Notes under the pieces: generated by a model
Databases searched by the model: none
What the model was told of the DNA's origin: nothing
The model's input: only the letters and a program-made list of their open reading frames with translations
Program-made: the position numbers and the translations under genes
In this document: positions 63,231 to 64,000 of the stretch, piece by piece
How positions within the stretch are numbered: position 1 is the stretch's first letter
How the letters are laid out: each line of letters starts with the position of its first letter
DNA from: Candidatus Latescibacterota bacterium
Lineage (GTDB): Bacteria > Latescibacterota > UBA2968 > UBA8231
Assembly: GCA_965219385.1 (NCBI GenBank)
Contig: CBDCNM010000001.1
Coordinates: forward strand, 670,631 to 734,630
Length of the DNA: 64,000 nucleotides
Direction: 5' to 3'

Positions 63231-64000
63231 ATGGGCATCCAGCAGTTTCCACCCAGACGTACCCTTTTTTTCCTGTTAACTCTCGTTATTGCAGGATTAC
63301 TGCCCGCCGGGTGCCGGGACGATGGCCCTGTAGACAAAGATTTCCCAGGGGAGGATAGAGGGGAAGTGGCGCGCGACCAAAGTGTGGCTTCTCAAAAGAT
63401 CAAACCTGCCACGGGCCTCCCGGCAGACGGACGTGTTCAATTCGTGGATGTAGCGGTAGATTTAGGGGTGGTTCTAAAGAATGTCTCTGGTGATAGCGAA
63501 CAAAGCTATGTGATCGATACAATGATGGGTGGATCGGCGTTTTTCGATTACGACGACGACGGCGATTTAGATTTGTACGTTTTGAATGGGTCGAGAGTGG
63601 TTGGGTTCCCAGCCGGAGAGCATCCCCGAAATGCCTTTTACAGAAACGATGGGGACCGGTACGCGGATGTGACCGAAGAATCAGGGCTGGGGGACACGGG
63701 CTGGGGGATGGGCTGCGCCATCGGGGATTACGACAACGACGGCGCTCCAGATATCTATGTGACCAATTACGGAAAGAACGTTCTGTACCGCAACCAGGGA
63801 GATGGGACTTTTACAGATGTAACGGAGATTGCCAAGGTGGGAGATGAGAGGTTCGGCACAGGATGTGCGTTTTTTGATTACGACGCCGATGGGGACCTGG
63901 ACCTGTACGTTGCAAACTACGTTGATTTTAAACACTTCATCGAGACGACTCCAGACAAGTCTTACACCTGGAAAGGCCTCAAGGTCCACTTCGGACCGCG
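63231..64000 (+). CDS. CRTAC1/ASPIC-UnbV family FG-GAP lipoprotein (runs off the window end)
   Basis: PAGC lipobox, FVDVA, and FDYDDDGDLDLYV, GDYDNDGAPDIYVTN, FDYDADGDLDLYVANY repeats. Confidence 0.88.
   Translation, partial: MGIQQFPPRRTLFFLLTLVIAGLLPAGCRDDGPVDKDFPGEDRGEVARDQSVASQKIKPATGLPADGRVQFVDVAVDLGVVLKNVSGDSEQSYVIDTMMGGSAFFDYDDDGDLDLYVLNGSRVVGFPAGEHPRNAFYRNDGDRYADVTEESGLGDTGWGMGCAIGDYDNDGAPDIYVTNYGKNVLYRNQGDGTFTDVTEIAKVGDERFGTGCAFFDYDADGDLDLYVANYVDFKHFIETTPDKSYTWKGLKVHFGP

Overview
GC-rich bacterial chromosome segment. The gene repertoire (LRR, Calx-beta, TPR and CRTAC1 proteins, a FlgD/T9SS-like tail, many sugar-acid catabolic enzymes) suggests an FCB-group, Latescibacterota-like host-associated bacterium, possibly a sponge symbiont; this is inference only. 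1-32.8 kb is core and metabolic: ftsQ-ftsA-ftsZ, purE, kptA, an unusual polysaccharide co-polymerase fused to two SPOR domains, two DegT aminotransferases, fhs, pabB, a sugar ABC transporter, a DadA-like oxidase, an RNB nuclease, an SSS symporter, an M42 peptidase, a divergent GHMP kinase and a CoA-transferase. About 32.8-52.4 kb is an accessory island between two convergent genes. It holds decayed sensor kinases, a sigma54 activator with a perfect -24/-12 promoter and an upstream palindrome, and LRR, Cache and autotransporter surface genes. It also holds a ~0.67 kb inverted duplication carrying two repeat-shuffled alleles of a small coiled-coil membrane protein, one with an intact and one with a mutated putative -10 box, which is a candidate inversion-type variation locus. 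Further island content: a GIY-YIG nuclease, a lipoprotein gene bracketed by two IS91/ISCR-like oriIS ends, an orphan adenine methyltransferase with a collapsed partner gene, and IS4/IS1595 remnants. 52.4-64 kb is a catabolic cluster followed by TPR and CRTAC1-family genes. No rRNA, tRNA or CRISPR array was seen.
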